In this document: in pieces, positions 34,702-43,088 of the stretch
Numbering within the stretch: position 1 is the stretch's first letter
How the letters are laid out: each line of letters opens with the position of its first letter
NCBI GenBank assembly: GCA_035524855.1
Contig: DATKOC010000184.1
Location: 1-47,280, forward strand
Length of the DNA: 47,280 bases
Reading direction: 5' to 3'
Source of the DNA: a bacterium
GTDB taxonomy: Bacteria > Oederibacteriota > Muellerivitia > Muellerivitales > Muellerivitaceae
Translations under genes and position numbers: made by a program
Notes under the pieces: generated by a model
Databases searched by the model: none
What the model was told of the DNA's origin: nothing
What the model saw: the letters and a program-made list of their open reading frames with translations, nothing else

Positions 34702-37700
34702 ATGAATCCATCCTCCCTCTCACTTTTTTTTAAGCCACAAATGCCCCCCAAAGGTGAATTGTCAGCGGCCCTGAGGCCTTTCGGCTTCCGGAACCCCGAA
34801 CGGGTTTGGAAGGACCTATCCCCCTTCGGGCAGAGCGCCTTCGACCGGGCGGCCTGGGCGGAACTGCTCCTCCTGCTCCTCCCGGAATTTTCCAAATCCG
34901 CCGACCCGGACCTTTCCGCCGCGCAATTCGCGTCTTTTGCCGAAGCCTCCTTTCACCGCTCCCAGCTCTTCAAATACCTCGTCCAATCGCCCGCCGCGCG
35001 CCAGGTGCTTTGCCGGGTCTTCGGCTTGAGCCCCTCCTTGGGACTGCTCTTGAGACAGGAGCCGGGCCTCCTCTATTGGCTTTTTGACGAGGACGGCCTC
35101 TACGCGAAATTCCCGCCGGAGAAACTCGCCGAGAACCTCCGGAGGGAAACAGAAACCACGGACGATACGGAGGGTAAACTCAACGCCCTGCGGCGCGTGA
35201 AGCGGCGCCAGATGCTGCGCATCGGCGCGCGGGACCTGATGGGCCTCTCGGACGTGAAGGACCTCACCCTCGAGCTGGCCGGCTTGGCGGACGCCTTGCT
35301 GGAGGGGACCCTCCAAATCGGGAAGGCCCGGTTAGCCCAGGAAAAAGGAGTGATCCCCCCCGGGCTCTTCGTTGCCATGGGCATGGGAAAACTGGGGGGC
35401 CGGGAGCTCAACTACAACTCGGACATCGACCTGCTCTTCATCTACGACTGCCCCCTCCCGGAGGGGCCGGAAAGGGAGAAGGCGCACCGGTTCTTCAACG
35501 ACCTGGCGGAGTGGATCATCCAGGCCATGACGGAGCCCACTTCATTGGGCAACCTCTTCCGGGTGGATATGCGTCTGCGGCCTGAGGGCTTGGGGGACAT
35601 GGCGAAATCGATCGATTCCTACCTGGAGCACTATGAGACCCGGGGCCAGCCCTGGGAACTGCAGGCCCTGCTGAAAGCCCGCCCTTGCGCGGGTGACCTG
35701 GAACTGGGGAAGAGGTTCCTCGTGGAGATCGAGCCCCTCATTTTCCGCAAGAACTTCGACTCGGTTTACCTCCAGGAAATCCGCGAGATCATGGACATGA
35801 TCAAGGAGAAAATGGAGTCCCAGGGGCGGGGGCGCACCCAGGTGAAGCTGGGTCGGGGCGGCATCCGGGAGATCGAGTTCATCGTGCAGTACCTGGAATT
35901 GATCCACGGGGGCCAGCATCCCGAGGTGCGGATTCCCAACAGCCTGGAGGCCCTGGAAACCCTGGGGGAGAAGGGTTATCTGCTCAAGGCCGACGTCCAG
36001 TTCCTTTCCACGGCCTACCGGTTCCTCCGAAACGTGGAGCACCGCCTGCAAATGGTGCACGGGCTTCAGACCCACACCCTGCCCAAGAAGGCGGCCGACC
36101 GGGAACGTTTGGCCCGGTCCATGGGTTTCGAGGCCTCCGGGCATCAAACGGCCGCCAACCTTTTTCAAGCTCATTACACCGAACTGACCGAGAGAGTCCG
36201 GGCGCTCTACGAGGACACCTTCAAAATCAAGAAACGGAAAGATTTCTCGGCCCAGGCGGCCCAGGACGCGCTCCTGGGCGATTTCGAGGGTTTGGAAAAA
36301 CACCTTGAGGGGACTTTTTTCCTCGAGCCCGCCCAGGCCGCTTCCAATCTCAAGGCCCTCATCGGGCGGTTGAGGCGCTCGGCGGGGGTGAGGGGGGAAC
36401 TGCTTTGGACCGGTTTCATTCCGGAACTTTTCGCCCAGCTCAAAAAGGTGCCGCATCCGGACCGTGCCTTGAACCAGTTGGAGAGCTTCCTCCAAGCGGC
36501 CTCCCTGCCGGACCTCTACGTGAGGTATCTGCTGGAAAAGCCCGCCCTTCTCAAGCTCCTGCTGGAACTTTTTTCGAACAGCCTCTTCCTTTCCCAAATC
36601 CTCATCGCCCAGCCCGGTAATTTCGACGTGGCCATCCGGGCGGTGGGGGAAAGCTCGCCCCAATCCATCCAGGACTTCCTGGACAGCCTGGAGGAGCGCC
36701 TGGCCGAGATCCCCGATTGGGAGGAACGGCTGGACCTTTTGCGCGATACCCGCAACAGCGAGGTCCTGCGGGTAGGCCTGCAGGATCTGCTGGGAAAAAG
36801 GAGCCTTTTCGAGAGCTTCGCCGAGCTCTCGCGGCTGGCCCAGGCCCTCTCCCGTTCCGCCCTCGGGGTGGCCACTGACCAGATGGGTCTCCCGAAGGTG
36901 GGGGAGAGGCCCTCGGTACCCAAGGGTTTTTGCCTCATGGCCATGGGCAAGCTGGGCGCCCGGGAAATGAACTACGGCTCGGACCTGGACGTGCTTTTCG
37001 TCTATGGGGACACGGAGGGAAAGGAGATCGGGTTCGAGGCCTACCTGAAGCTGGCGGAAACCTTCACCCACGCGGTGGCGGACCCGACCCGGCGGGGCTT
37101 CGCCTACAAGGTGGACGCGAGGTTGCGACCCATGGGCCGGGAAGCCCAGATGACCCATTCCGTCGAGGCTTACCGCCAGTACTTCAATACCTATGCCCAG
37201 CCCGCCGAACGGTTGGCCTATACCCGGGCGGTTTTCCTGGCGGGGGACCGGGACATCGGCTTCCAGGTGAAGGAAGAGATCGACCGGTTCGTCTACGGCC
37301 GGGGGCTCACGAGGGCGGAGCTGGATTCCATCCTCGACATCCGGAACCAGATGGAGGACAAGGCCAAGAAAGCCAGGGGCCTGGAGATCAAGGTTTCCGC
37401 CGGCGGAATCGTGGATATCGAGTTCTTCGTGCAAATCCTGCAGGTGGCCTACGGCAAGAACAAGCCCCTGCTCCGGATGCCCCATGTCCCGACGGTCATG
37501 GGTTATTTCAAGGAAGAAGGACTCGTTCCAGCCGAAATTTTGGACGAACTATTGGCAGCATACCGTTTTTACCGGCTGGTGGAAGCGCGGCACCGCATGG
37601 TTCGGGAAAGCGCGGATGACGAACTGCCCTTGGAACCCGAGCGGCTCCAGCGCCTGGCTTGGCGCATGGGATTGGGGCGGGAAAAGGTCGCGGGGGACCA

Positions 37701-37785
37701 ACTGGTGGAGCGGCTGGAGAAAAGCCAGGAAAGGGTTCGGTTTCTTTTTAAGCGGATTCCGGAATGGTTGAGGTTCGAGAGTTAA
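34702..37785 (+). CDS. glnE: Bifunctional glutamine synthetase adenylyltransferase/adenylyl-removing enzyme
   Basis: 1027 aa with two nucleotidyltransferase modules (GKLGGRELNYNSDIDLLFIY and GKLGAREMNYGSDLDVLFVY), each followed by a GlnE-type helical domain. Confidence 0.93.
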   Translation: MNPSSLSLFFKPQMPPKGELSAALRPFGFRNPERVWKDLSPFGQSAFDRAAWAELLLLLLPEFSKSADPDLSAAQFASFAEASFHRSQLFKYLVQSPAARQVLCRVFGLSPSLGLLLRQEPGLLYWLFDEDGLYAKFPPEKLAENLRRETETTDDTEGKLNALRRVKRRQMLRIGARDLMGLSDVKDLTLELAGLADALLEGTLQIGKARLAQEKGVIPPGLFVAMGMGKLGGRELNYNSDIDLLFIYDCPLPEGPEREKAHRFFNDLAEWIIQAMTEPTSLGNLFRVDMRLRPEGLGDMAKSIDSYLEHYETRGQPWELQALLKARPCAGDLELGKRFLVEIEPLIFRKNFDSVYLQEIREIMDMIKEKMESQGRGRTQVKLGRGGIREIEFIVQYLELIHGGQHPEVRIPNSLEALETLGEKGYLLKADVQFLSTAYRFLRNVEHRLQMVHGLQTHTLPKKAADRERLARSMGFEASGHQTAANLFQAHYTELTERVRALYEDTFKIKKRKDFSAQAAQDALLGDFEGLEKHLEGTFFLEPAQAASNLKALIGRLRRSAGVRGELLWTGFIPELFAQLKKVPHPDRALNQLESFLQAASLPDLYVRYLLEKPALLKLLLELFSNSLFLSQILIAQPGNFDVAIRAVGESSPQSIQDFLDSLEERLAEIPDWEERLDLLRDTRNSEVLRVGLQDLLGKRSLFESFAELSRLAQALSRSALGVATDQMGLPKVGERPSVPKGFCLMAMGKLGAREMNYGSDLDVLFVYGDTEGKEIGFEAYLKLAETFTHAVADPTRRGFAYKVDARLRPMGREAQMTHSVEAYRQYFNTYAQPAERLAYTRAVFLAGDRDIGFQVKEEIDRFVYGRGLTRAELDSILDIRNQMEDKAKKARGLEIKVSAGGIVDIEFFVQILQVAYGKNKPLLRMPHVPTVMGYFKEEGLVPAEILDELLAAYRFYRLVEARHRMVRESADDELPLEPERLQRLAWRMGLGREKVAGDQLVERLEKSQERVRFLFKRIPEWLRFES

Positions 37786-37980
37786 TCCCCTTTTTGCCCA
37801 TCAAAGCGTTTTCTTGGGCTTGTTTCCAAAAATCGTTGAGGCCATTGTTCTAAAAAAATCTCCGCTTCAGTCGCGCCTTGTTAACCCATTTCCCAAAATT
37901 TAACACAAATGACTTTCATTCCCGTCCAGCGCCTAATTATAGTTAGCCATAGCCAAAATCATCAGGAGCTGCAACTCCGA

Positions 37981-38346
37981 ATGCAAACCCTCACCGTCGA
38001 AGTGACGCACCCGCTCTTAAATCCCGATGCCGCCATTCTTCGGCTCAAGGGAGGGCTCAATCCCAACCTCCTCCAGCCGTTCGACCATGCCGTCCAGTCC
38101 GCCTTGGCGGGGTCCAAGAAAAACCTCGTGATTGACCTTTCCGAAACGGATGAGGTCAGCAGCGGGGGGTGGGGCTTCCTCTTAGTCGTCCTGGGACGGG
38201 TGAGGATACTGGGGGGAACGATGTTTTTGGCGGCGATGAAACCCGATATCCACGAGGCCTTCGAGTTGATGGAGTACCACCAGGATTTCATCCTCTATCC
38301 CACAGTCGAGGATGCCCTCAAGGCGGGAATGACCCAGGTTTCTTAA
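37981..38346 (+). CDS. STAS-domain protein (anti-sigma-factor-antagonist-like)
   Basis: 121 aa from the ATG at 37981, with an AGGAG 9 nt upstream. The pattern ILRLKGGL...NLVIDLSETDEVSSGGWGFLL...GGTMFLAAMKPDIHEAFEL fits STAS/SpoIIAA. Confidence 0.65.
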   Translation: MQTLTVEVTHPLLNPDAAILRLKGGLNPNLLQPFDHAVQSALAGSKKNLVIDLSETDEVSSGGWGFLLVVLGRVRILGGTMFLAAMKPDIHEAFELMEYHQDFILYPTVEDALKAGMTQVS

Positions 38347-38423
38347 ACCTTCCTCGACCCTCTTTTGAACGATCAGCGTCCCAACCCTTGCTTACCCATT
38401 CTCCTTTCCGGTAAGGTAAATCC

Positions 38424-39026
38424 ATGAGACATCGCGTCCTGACGCTTGTTTTTACCGCCTTGTGGTTGATCCTTGGGGGAGAGGCTTTGGCGGGGAAACC
38501 CAAGACCACCACGGCGACCTTCGCGGGGGGCTGTTTTTGGTGCATGACCCCCCCTTTTGAGAAGCTGGAAGGGGTCTTAAAGGTGACAGCGGGATACACG
38601 GACGGAACGGGGGCGAACCCCACCTATGAGGATTACGCCGAAAAGGGCTATACCGAGGGTGTCCAGATCACCTATGACCCCACCCGGATCACCTACGCCC
38701 AATTACTGGACACCTTTTGGAAGCAGATCAACCCCACCGACCCCAACGGCCAATTCGTGGACCGGGGACCCCAGTACCGGGCGGCCATCTTTTTCCATGA
38801 CACGCAACAACGGAAGGAGGCCGAAAAGTCCAGGGACGACTTGAACAAGTCGGGCCGCTACGACAAGCCCATCGTGGTTCCCATCAAGAAATACGCCTCC
38901 TTCTATCCTGCGGAGGACTATCACCAGGACTACTACAAAAAGAACCCGATCCATTATGAACTCTACCATCATGGTTCGGGCCGGGACCAGTATTTGGACA
39001 GCGTTTGGGGGAAGGGAAAGCACTAA
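38424..39026 (+). CDS. msrA: Peptide-methionine (S)-S-oxide reductase MsrA with N-terminal signal peptide
   Basis: 200 aa. The active-site motif is FAGGCFWC, followed by GYTDG...NPTYE...HDPT...QFVDRGPQYR. The first ~24 residues (MRHRVLTLVFTALWLILGGEALAG) look like a Sec signal. Confidence 0.92.
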   Translation: MRHRVLTLVFTALWLILGGEALAGKPKTTTATFAGGCFWCMTPPFEKLEGVLKVTAGYTDGTGANPTYEDYAEKGYTEGVQITYDPTRITYAQLLDTFWKQINPTDPNGQFVDRGPQYRAAIFFHDTQQRKEAEKSRDDLNKSGRYDKPIVVPIKKYASFYPAEDYHQDYYKKNPIHYELYHHGSGRDQYLDSVWGKGKH

Positions 39027-39194
39027 AACCAGTCCTCGGTTCGCAGCCATTCGAGGGCCTCGTGGCCCTGAGTTAAATCGAAGGGTCGGCAGCTAGCAGG
39101 TGAATCTTTAGAAGCTAAGACCCGGCGAAATTCCCTCCGTTCTATGATTATGGACAGCTTTTTCCATGTAATTTTGATGTAACGTTTAGGGCAT

Positions 39195-40457
39195 ATGGGC
39201 CGTCTAAATATTATGCGACACAAAACTTTAGCTCAAATGATCGCTTTACTCGTTGTCCCGGTAGCCCTTTGGGCGGAATCCGCCCAGGATTACCGCGACG
39301 CGGGCCAGGCCCTTTCGCGCGCGGGGCAATACGCCAAGGCGCTGGATTACTTCAAGAAGGCCGTACAAGCCGACCCCCAGGATTGGCAGTCCTACCAAGC
39401 CATGGGCGACGCCTATAACAAGATGGACGATATGGCCGACGCCCGGGACGCCTACCGCAAGAGCCTGGACATCAATCCGAACAACTCGACCGTCCGAGTC
39501 CTTTTGCAAAACCTGGGGGACGAAACCGCCTCCTCCACCCCCCCTTCAGCCCCCTCGGGGGACAATGTCGGTACCGACGAAACGGTTCAATCCCCCCAGA
39601 CCACGGAGCCAATCCGCCGTAGGGGCCGGGGCTGGCGCCGCGTCGCCCCGGTTACTTACAACGACGGCTTGGCTCCCATGGACCACGCCAAACTGTGGGC
39701 TAAGTTCGATCTCGGATTCAATTATTCCCAGCAAGGAGACCTCCTGAGCAGCGCGGCAACCCAAAATGGGCTTATTACGGCCAATGGCTGGACCGGGTCG
39801 GCGGTGGCGAGCCGCAATGGTTATAACGCCGGCGGGGAATTGGGATTCCTGATCAATCCCAACAATGGGTTGGCGATCGGCTTAAGGTATCTTCGCAACG
39901 ACGATTCCACACTCAACCAAAACCTCCAAAACGGACCGGCAATCGTGGGGGCCAACACCTACAACTCGGATTTCGAGAATGAAACGTTATCGCCGTCAGT
40001 TTGGCCCTTGACCCTCGACTATTACCTGTTCCTGCCGGATGCCTCGGGCCGGTTTTTCATCAGCGCCGGCTTGGGCTATTATTTCGGGCAAGTGCACGTC
40101 GAGGATAATTACAGTTACGTGATCAGCGCTAATGATGAAACCGCCAGCGACACCTTTTCAGGCGACTTGACGGCCGGAGGGGTCGGGTTTCAAGTGGGTT
40201 TGGGAAGGGATTGGGAGATTTCCCCCCGTTTCGGCATCTCGCTTTTCGCCCGGGGACGTTACGCCCGCCTGACGAACTTCCGCGGAACGGTTTTCGGCCC
40301 CAATGGCGGCGGCGCCAACGACGGGTTGGCCGTATATCCGGACGGGGAAGTGTTTTCCACGGACGTTTCCAACATCGGGAATAATGGGGTCAAATACGCC
40401 ACCATTGATTTCACGGGTTTCGACGTCGGGGCTTCCCTCAACTTCTATAGTTTTTAA
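39195..40457 (+). CDS. Exported TPR-repeat protein with C-terminal beta-barrel-like domain
   Basis: 420 aa; an alternative ATG lies at 39213. It has a signal peptide and two or three TPR units (YAKALDYFKKAVQADPQDWQSYQAMGDAYNKMDDMADARDAYRKSLDINPNN). The Gly/aromatic-rich C-terminal half ends in ...SLNFYSF, a terminal Phe typical of outer-membrane barrels. Confidence 0.6.
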   Translation: MGRLNIMRHKTLAQMIALLVVPVALWAESAQDYRDAGQALSRAGQYAKALDYFKKAVQADPQDWQSYQAMGDAYNKMDDMADARDAYRKSLDINPNNSTVRVLLQNLGDETASSTPPSAPSGDNVGTDETVQSPQTTEPIRRRGRGWRRVAPVTYNDGLAPMDHAKLWAKFDLGFNYSQQGDLLSSAATQNGLITANGWTGSAVASRNGYNAGGELGFLINPNNGLAIGLRYLRNDDSTLNQNLQNGPAIVGANTYNSDFENETLSPSVWPLTLDYYLFLPDASGRFFISAGLGYYFGQVHVEDNYSYVISANDETASDTFSGDLTAGGVGFQVGLGRDWEISPRFGISLFARGRYARLTNFRGTVFGPNGGGANDGLAVYPDGEVFSTDVSNIGNNGVKYATIDFTGFDVGASLNFYSF

Positions 40458-40470
40458 CCCATCCAAAAAC

Positions 40471-40510
40471 AAAAAGGCCGGCGGGCTTAGCCCTCCGGCC
40501 TTTTTTATTT
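40471..40510. terminator. Bidirectional rho-independent terminator between convergent genes
   Basis: AAAAAGGCCGGCGGGC-tta-GCCCTCCGGCCTTTTTT forms a GC-rich stem flanked by an A-run on the left and a T-run on the right. Confidence 0.75.
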
Positions 40511-40524
40511 CAACGTCAGGTTTG

Positions 40525-41310
40525 TTATTGAACCACCAAGGTGCAAGCCATTTGGGAACAGGTGGTGTTAGGACAAGTATGATCGCCGGAAGAACAAGCA
40601 CCATGGTTGCCGCAGTGGAAGTGGATGGTAGCGGGGGATGAAAAGACCTCGGTCAAGGGGTAACTGTTGAGGCCGCTTACAGGACAACTGGAGGAATCGT
40701 CGAGGTAAAGGGGATGGGCTCCGGTGCCAAGGGAAGAATCCCAGACGGCGGCGGTTCCCGCGCTGATCGTGACGGGAGCGGCAAGAGCGGCTCCGCCGGA
40801 TCCGGCGGTACTATAGTGGTAAGTTGAAATGCTGCTGCCCGTCAGGCTGAAGGTCACCCCAATAGAAACGGGGGTCGAGGTGTTGGTGGGAGTGCCGGTG
40901 GCGGTGCGAGTGGCGGTATCGGTGGGGCTCGAGGTTGGCGTCGCGGAGTCGGTCACGGTGGAAGTGTTGCTTGGCGTACCGGTGTCGGTACTGGTCGCGG
41001 TGTTGGTGGGGGTGTCGGTTTGGGTTGCTGTCGCTGTTTGAGTGGCCGTGTTGGAAGGTGTGGAAGTTTTTGTATTAGTATCCGTGTTTGTGGGAGTCCC
41101 GGTGGAAGTCGAAGTGGCGGTGACGGTGAAGGTATTGGTGGGTGTTCCCGTCGAGGTTGTCGTGGCGGTATGGGTCGGTGTTCCGGGGACGGAAGTGTAG
41201 GTGGGGGTGTCCGTGGGATTGGGATTGGACGGATAACTGCTGGTGTTACTGCAAGCCAAGGGAAGCCCCGCCAAGAGCGTCAAGGCGGCCGGCCAAATAA
41301 TTTTTCTCAT
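40525..41310 (-). CDS. Lipoprotein with Thr/Pro-rich linker and C-terminal cupredoxin-like domain
   Basis: 261 aa with lipobox LPLAC. About 130 residues of T/P/N/S low complexity contain repeated GTPTNT units. The C-terminal domain has candidate type-1 Cu ligands: H (GAHPLY), C-x-x-H (HCGNH) and M (CSQM). Confidence 0.6.
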   Translation of the reverse strand: MRKIIWPAALTLLAGLPLACSNTSSYPSNPNPTDTPTYTSVPGTPTHTATTTSTGTPTNTFTVTATSTSTGTPTNTDTNTKTSTPSNTATQTATATQTDTPTNTATSTDTGTPSNTSTVTDSATPTSSPTDTATRTATGTPTNTSTPVSIGVTFSLTGSSISTYHYSTAGSGGAALAAPVTISAGTAAVWDSSLGTGAHPLYLDDSSSCPVSGLNSYPLTEVFSSPATIHFHCGNHGACSSGDHTCPNTTCSQMACTLVVQ

Positions 41311-41334
41311 TGATTACACCTCGCTGAAATTTCG

Positions 41335-41363
41335 AAAAACCCCAATGCAACAAGCCATTGGGG
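41335..41363 (-). terminator. Hairpin plus U-run on the minus strand, between the CGCGC-protein gene and the cupredoxin-like gene
   Basis: CCCCAATG-caacaagc-CATTGGGG. On the minus strand the hairpin is followed by TTTTT (plus-strand A5 at 41335..41339). Confidence 0.5.
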
Positions 41364-41467
41364 AAAAGGCTATTTTCGATTCAGCTATCAATAGGGAGAG
41401 TTTTTTGAAAAAGTTACAGGTCCCGGAAAGGCCGAATAGTATCCTGGGCCCTTAAATCAGCTTGTTA

Positions 41468-42028
41468 TCAATGGGGTTTCGCGACCGGAGCGGTGATGGT
41501 AAAGGGCATGGCCGGGTGGCCGATCTTTGAGAAATCCGGGGTCTTGCCGTTGCCCAGGGCTTTTTGAACCTCATTGATATGGTCTTTCCACATGGGACAA
41601 TTGGGGTCCTTGATAATGCAATCCAGCACGCTCATCTTGCAGCCGCAACCACAGCTTTGGGTGTTGTACTTGGCCAGGACCTCGGCCTTCTTGGAGTCCG
41701 ACACCCCTGAGAAATTGATCATGCCTAGGGAAGCCTCCGTAATGGAGGAGGGCGCGGTGGCTCCCGATTGGCCGCTTTGTTGGTTCAAGGGGTTCACCTG
41801 GTTCAATTGGGAGAAAGGATCGGGGGCCTGGGTCTTGCCCACGGAAAACCGGCCGGCGAGGAACGACGCCGCCATGAGGATGATGACGAGCGTGATATAG
41901 AGGATCTTCTTCTGTTCCTCGGGGGTGAGGCGGCTTTCCTCCGCCTGGGGTCCTTCGTTGTTGGGTTCCTCGATCATGTTTTCCTCGCTGGTTAAGGTGG
42001 ATGGGCCCACAAATGATACCTTCTTCAT
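41468..42028 (-). CDS. Single-pass membrane protein with periplasmic Cys-cluster domain
   Basis: 186 aa with an acidic N-terminus, a TM helix (ILYITLVIILMAASFLAG) and a Gln/Ser linker. The C-terminal motif is QSCGCGCKMSVLDCIIKDPNCPMW (five Cys). Confidence 0.55.
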   Translation of the reverse strand: MKKVSFVGPSTLTSEENMIEEPNNEGPQAEESRLTPEEQKKILYITLVIILMAASFLAGRFSVGKTQAPDPFSQLNQVNPLNQQSGQSGATAPSSITEASLGMINFSGVSDSKKAEVLAKYNTQSCGCGCKMSVLDCIIKDPNCPMWKDHINEVQKALGNGKTPDFSKIGHPAMPFTITAPVAKPH

Positions 42029-42119
42029 CCGCCCGCGTCATGGAATTTTAGACGATCGTAGGCTTAATATAGGACTGTGATCCCAGTGGTTTCGTGAAAT
42101 CCACGGCGAAAGGAGACGG

Positions 42120-42677
42120 ATGAACCGTTTTAGGCAGCCGACCCACCTGTTTCTTCCGGCCCTTGCCCTGCTCCTCATTGGAGCGGCTCCCTCGGCGTCT
42201 TGGAGGGAATTTTCCAGCGGCTGGTTTAAGGTCCAAGTTCCGGGAACGGCCAAACGGTCGGCCAACGGTTCCTGGGTGGCGGTGGACGCTCGCAAGAGCG
42301 CCTACAACGTGAGCGCCACCCCCTTGAGGGAAATGCCCGCGGCCCCCCAAAATTACCTGGAGGAAACCGCCGAGATGTTCGTGGACCGGCTTCATGGCCG
42401 GATGGGCCACCGGAACTATTTCAAATTCCATGGCGTCCCGGCTTTCGACTGCGGAATTGAGAACGACCAGCACCACTTGGGAATCCGCCTGATCCTCCAA
42501 CCGGGAGTCCTTTACCTGCTCCAATACGCCGCTGATCCCAAGGCCTTCGACCCCCAGGCCATGGCGAAATTTTTTGATTCCTTCAAGATCACAGGCAGGG
42601 CTCCCCGCAAGGATCCGGCGGCCAAGGACGAGAATGGCGTGGAAGGGAATGAGGAACAACCGGTCCAGGCGTGGTAA
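42120..42677 (+). CDS. Secreted protein of unknown function
   Basis: 185 aa with AGGAGA 6 nt upstream, a signal peptide (HLFLPALALLLIGAAPSAS) and ordinary globular composition. I prefer it to the antisense ORF at 42048..42659. Confidence 0.55.
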   Translation: MNRFRQPTHLFLPALALLLIGAAPSASWREFSSGWFKVQVPGTAKRSANGSWVAVDARKSAYNVSATPLREMPAAPQNYLEETAEMFVDRLHGRMGHRNYFKFHGVPAFDCGIENDQHHLGIRLILQPGVLYLLQYAADPKAFDPQAMAKFFDSFKITGRAPRKDPAAKDENGVEGNEEQPVQAW

Positions 42678-42685
42678 GGACAGGA

Positions 42686-43075
42686 TTACGGGGTCCCGGG
42701 CGCTTTGAACAGGGGTTTATCCCCATAAAGGCTGGGGACATTCTTGGGCGCGCCTTTGGGCCAAAAAGTGACCGGTTTGCCATTCTTGTCCAGGATTGGC
42801 GGGACCGTGGGAAGGGGAGTGGCTTGCGCCTGAATTGGTTTTAGGACGTTCAATTTTTTCGCCGGCGGGAGTTTTTTGGGCCTCAAATCGTAAAATCTGT
42901 CGGGGCGGTGCTGGTACGGCTTAACCAACTTGTGGTTCCGGGTAGTGCCGTTATTTGAAAGGGTGGATAAATCGCCGGCGTCCTGCCCCTGGGCCGCCGT
43001 CCCGCAAAGGAAAACCGCCAGAAACAGGGGGTGAAAGCCGCTGGAAGCGATTGACCGGATTCGATCCCGTGACAT
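42686..43075 (-). CDS. Secreted Pro/Lys-rich protein of unknown function
   Basis: 129 aa from the ATG at 43075, with a signal-like FHPLFLAVFLCGTAAQG. It starts 13 nt after the upstream gene's stop. Confidence 0.45.
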   Translation of the reverse strand: MSRDRIRSIASSGFHPLFLAVFLCGTAAQGQDAGDLSTLSNNGTTRNHKLVKPYQHRPDRFYDLRPKKLPPAKKLNVLKPIQAQATPLPTVPPILDKNGKPVTFWPKGAPKNVPSLYGDKPLFKAPGTP

Positions 43076-43088
43076 GGGGCGGTCCGGC

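Noticed and set aside
35542-37485. 647-aa minus-strand ORF opposite glnE
   Set aside because: It is an antisense shadow. The plus-strand frame encodes a full-length GlnE with both nucleotidyltransferase motifs.
40830-41230. Degenerate short DNA repeats considered as a possible tandem repeat or CRISPR-like array
   Set aside because: The repeats lie in frame within a long ORF and encode the Thr/Pro-rich linker of the lipoprotein. There is no regular repeat-spacer periodicity.
42048-42659. 203-aa minus-strand ORF overlapping the secreted-protein gene at 42120..42677
   Set aside because: It has no SD, signal or motif, and its composition is typical of a shadow frame. The plus-strand ORF has an AGGAGA SD and a clean signal peptide.
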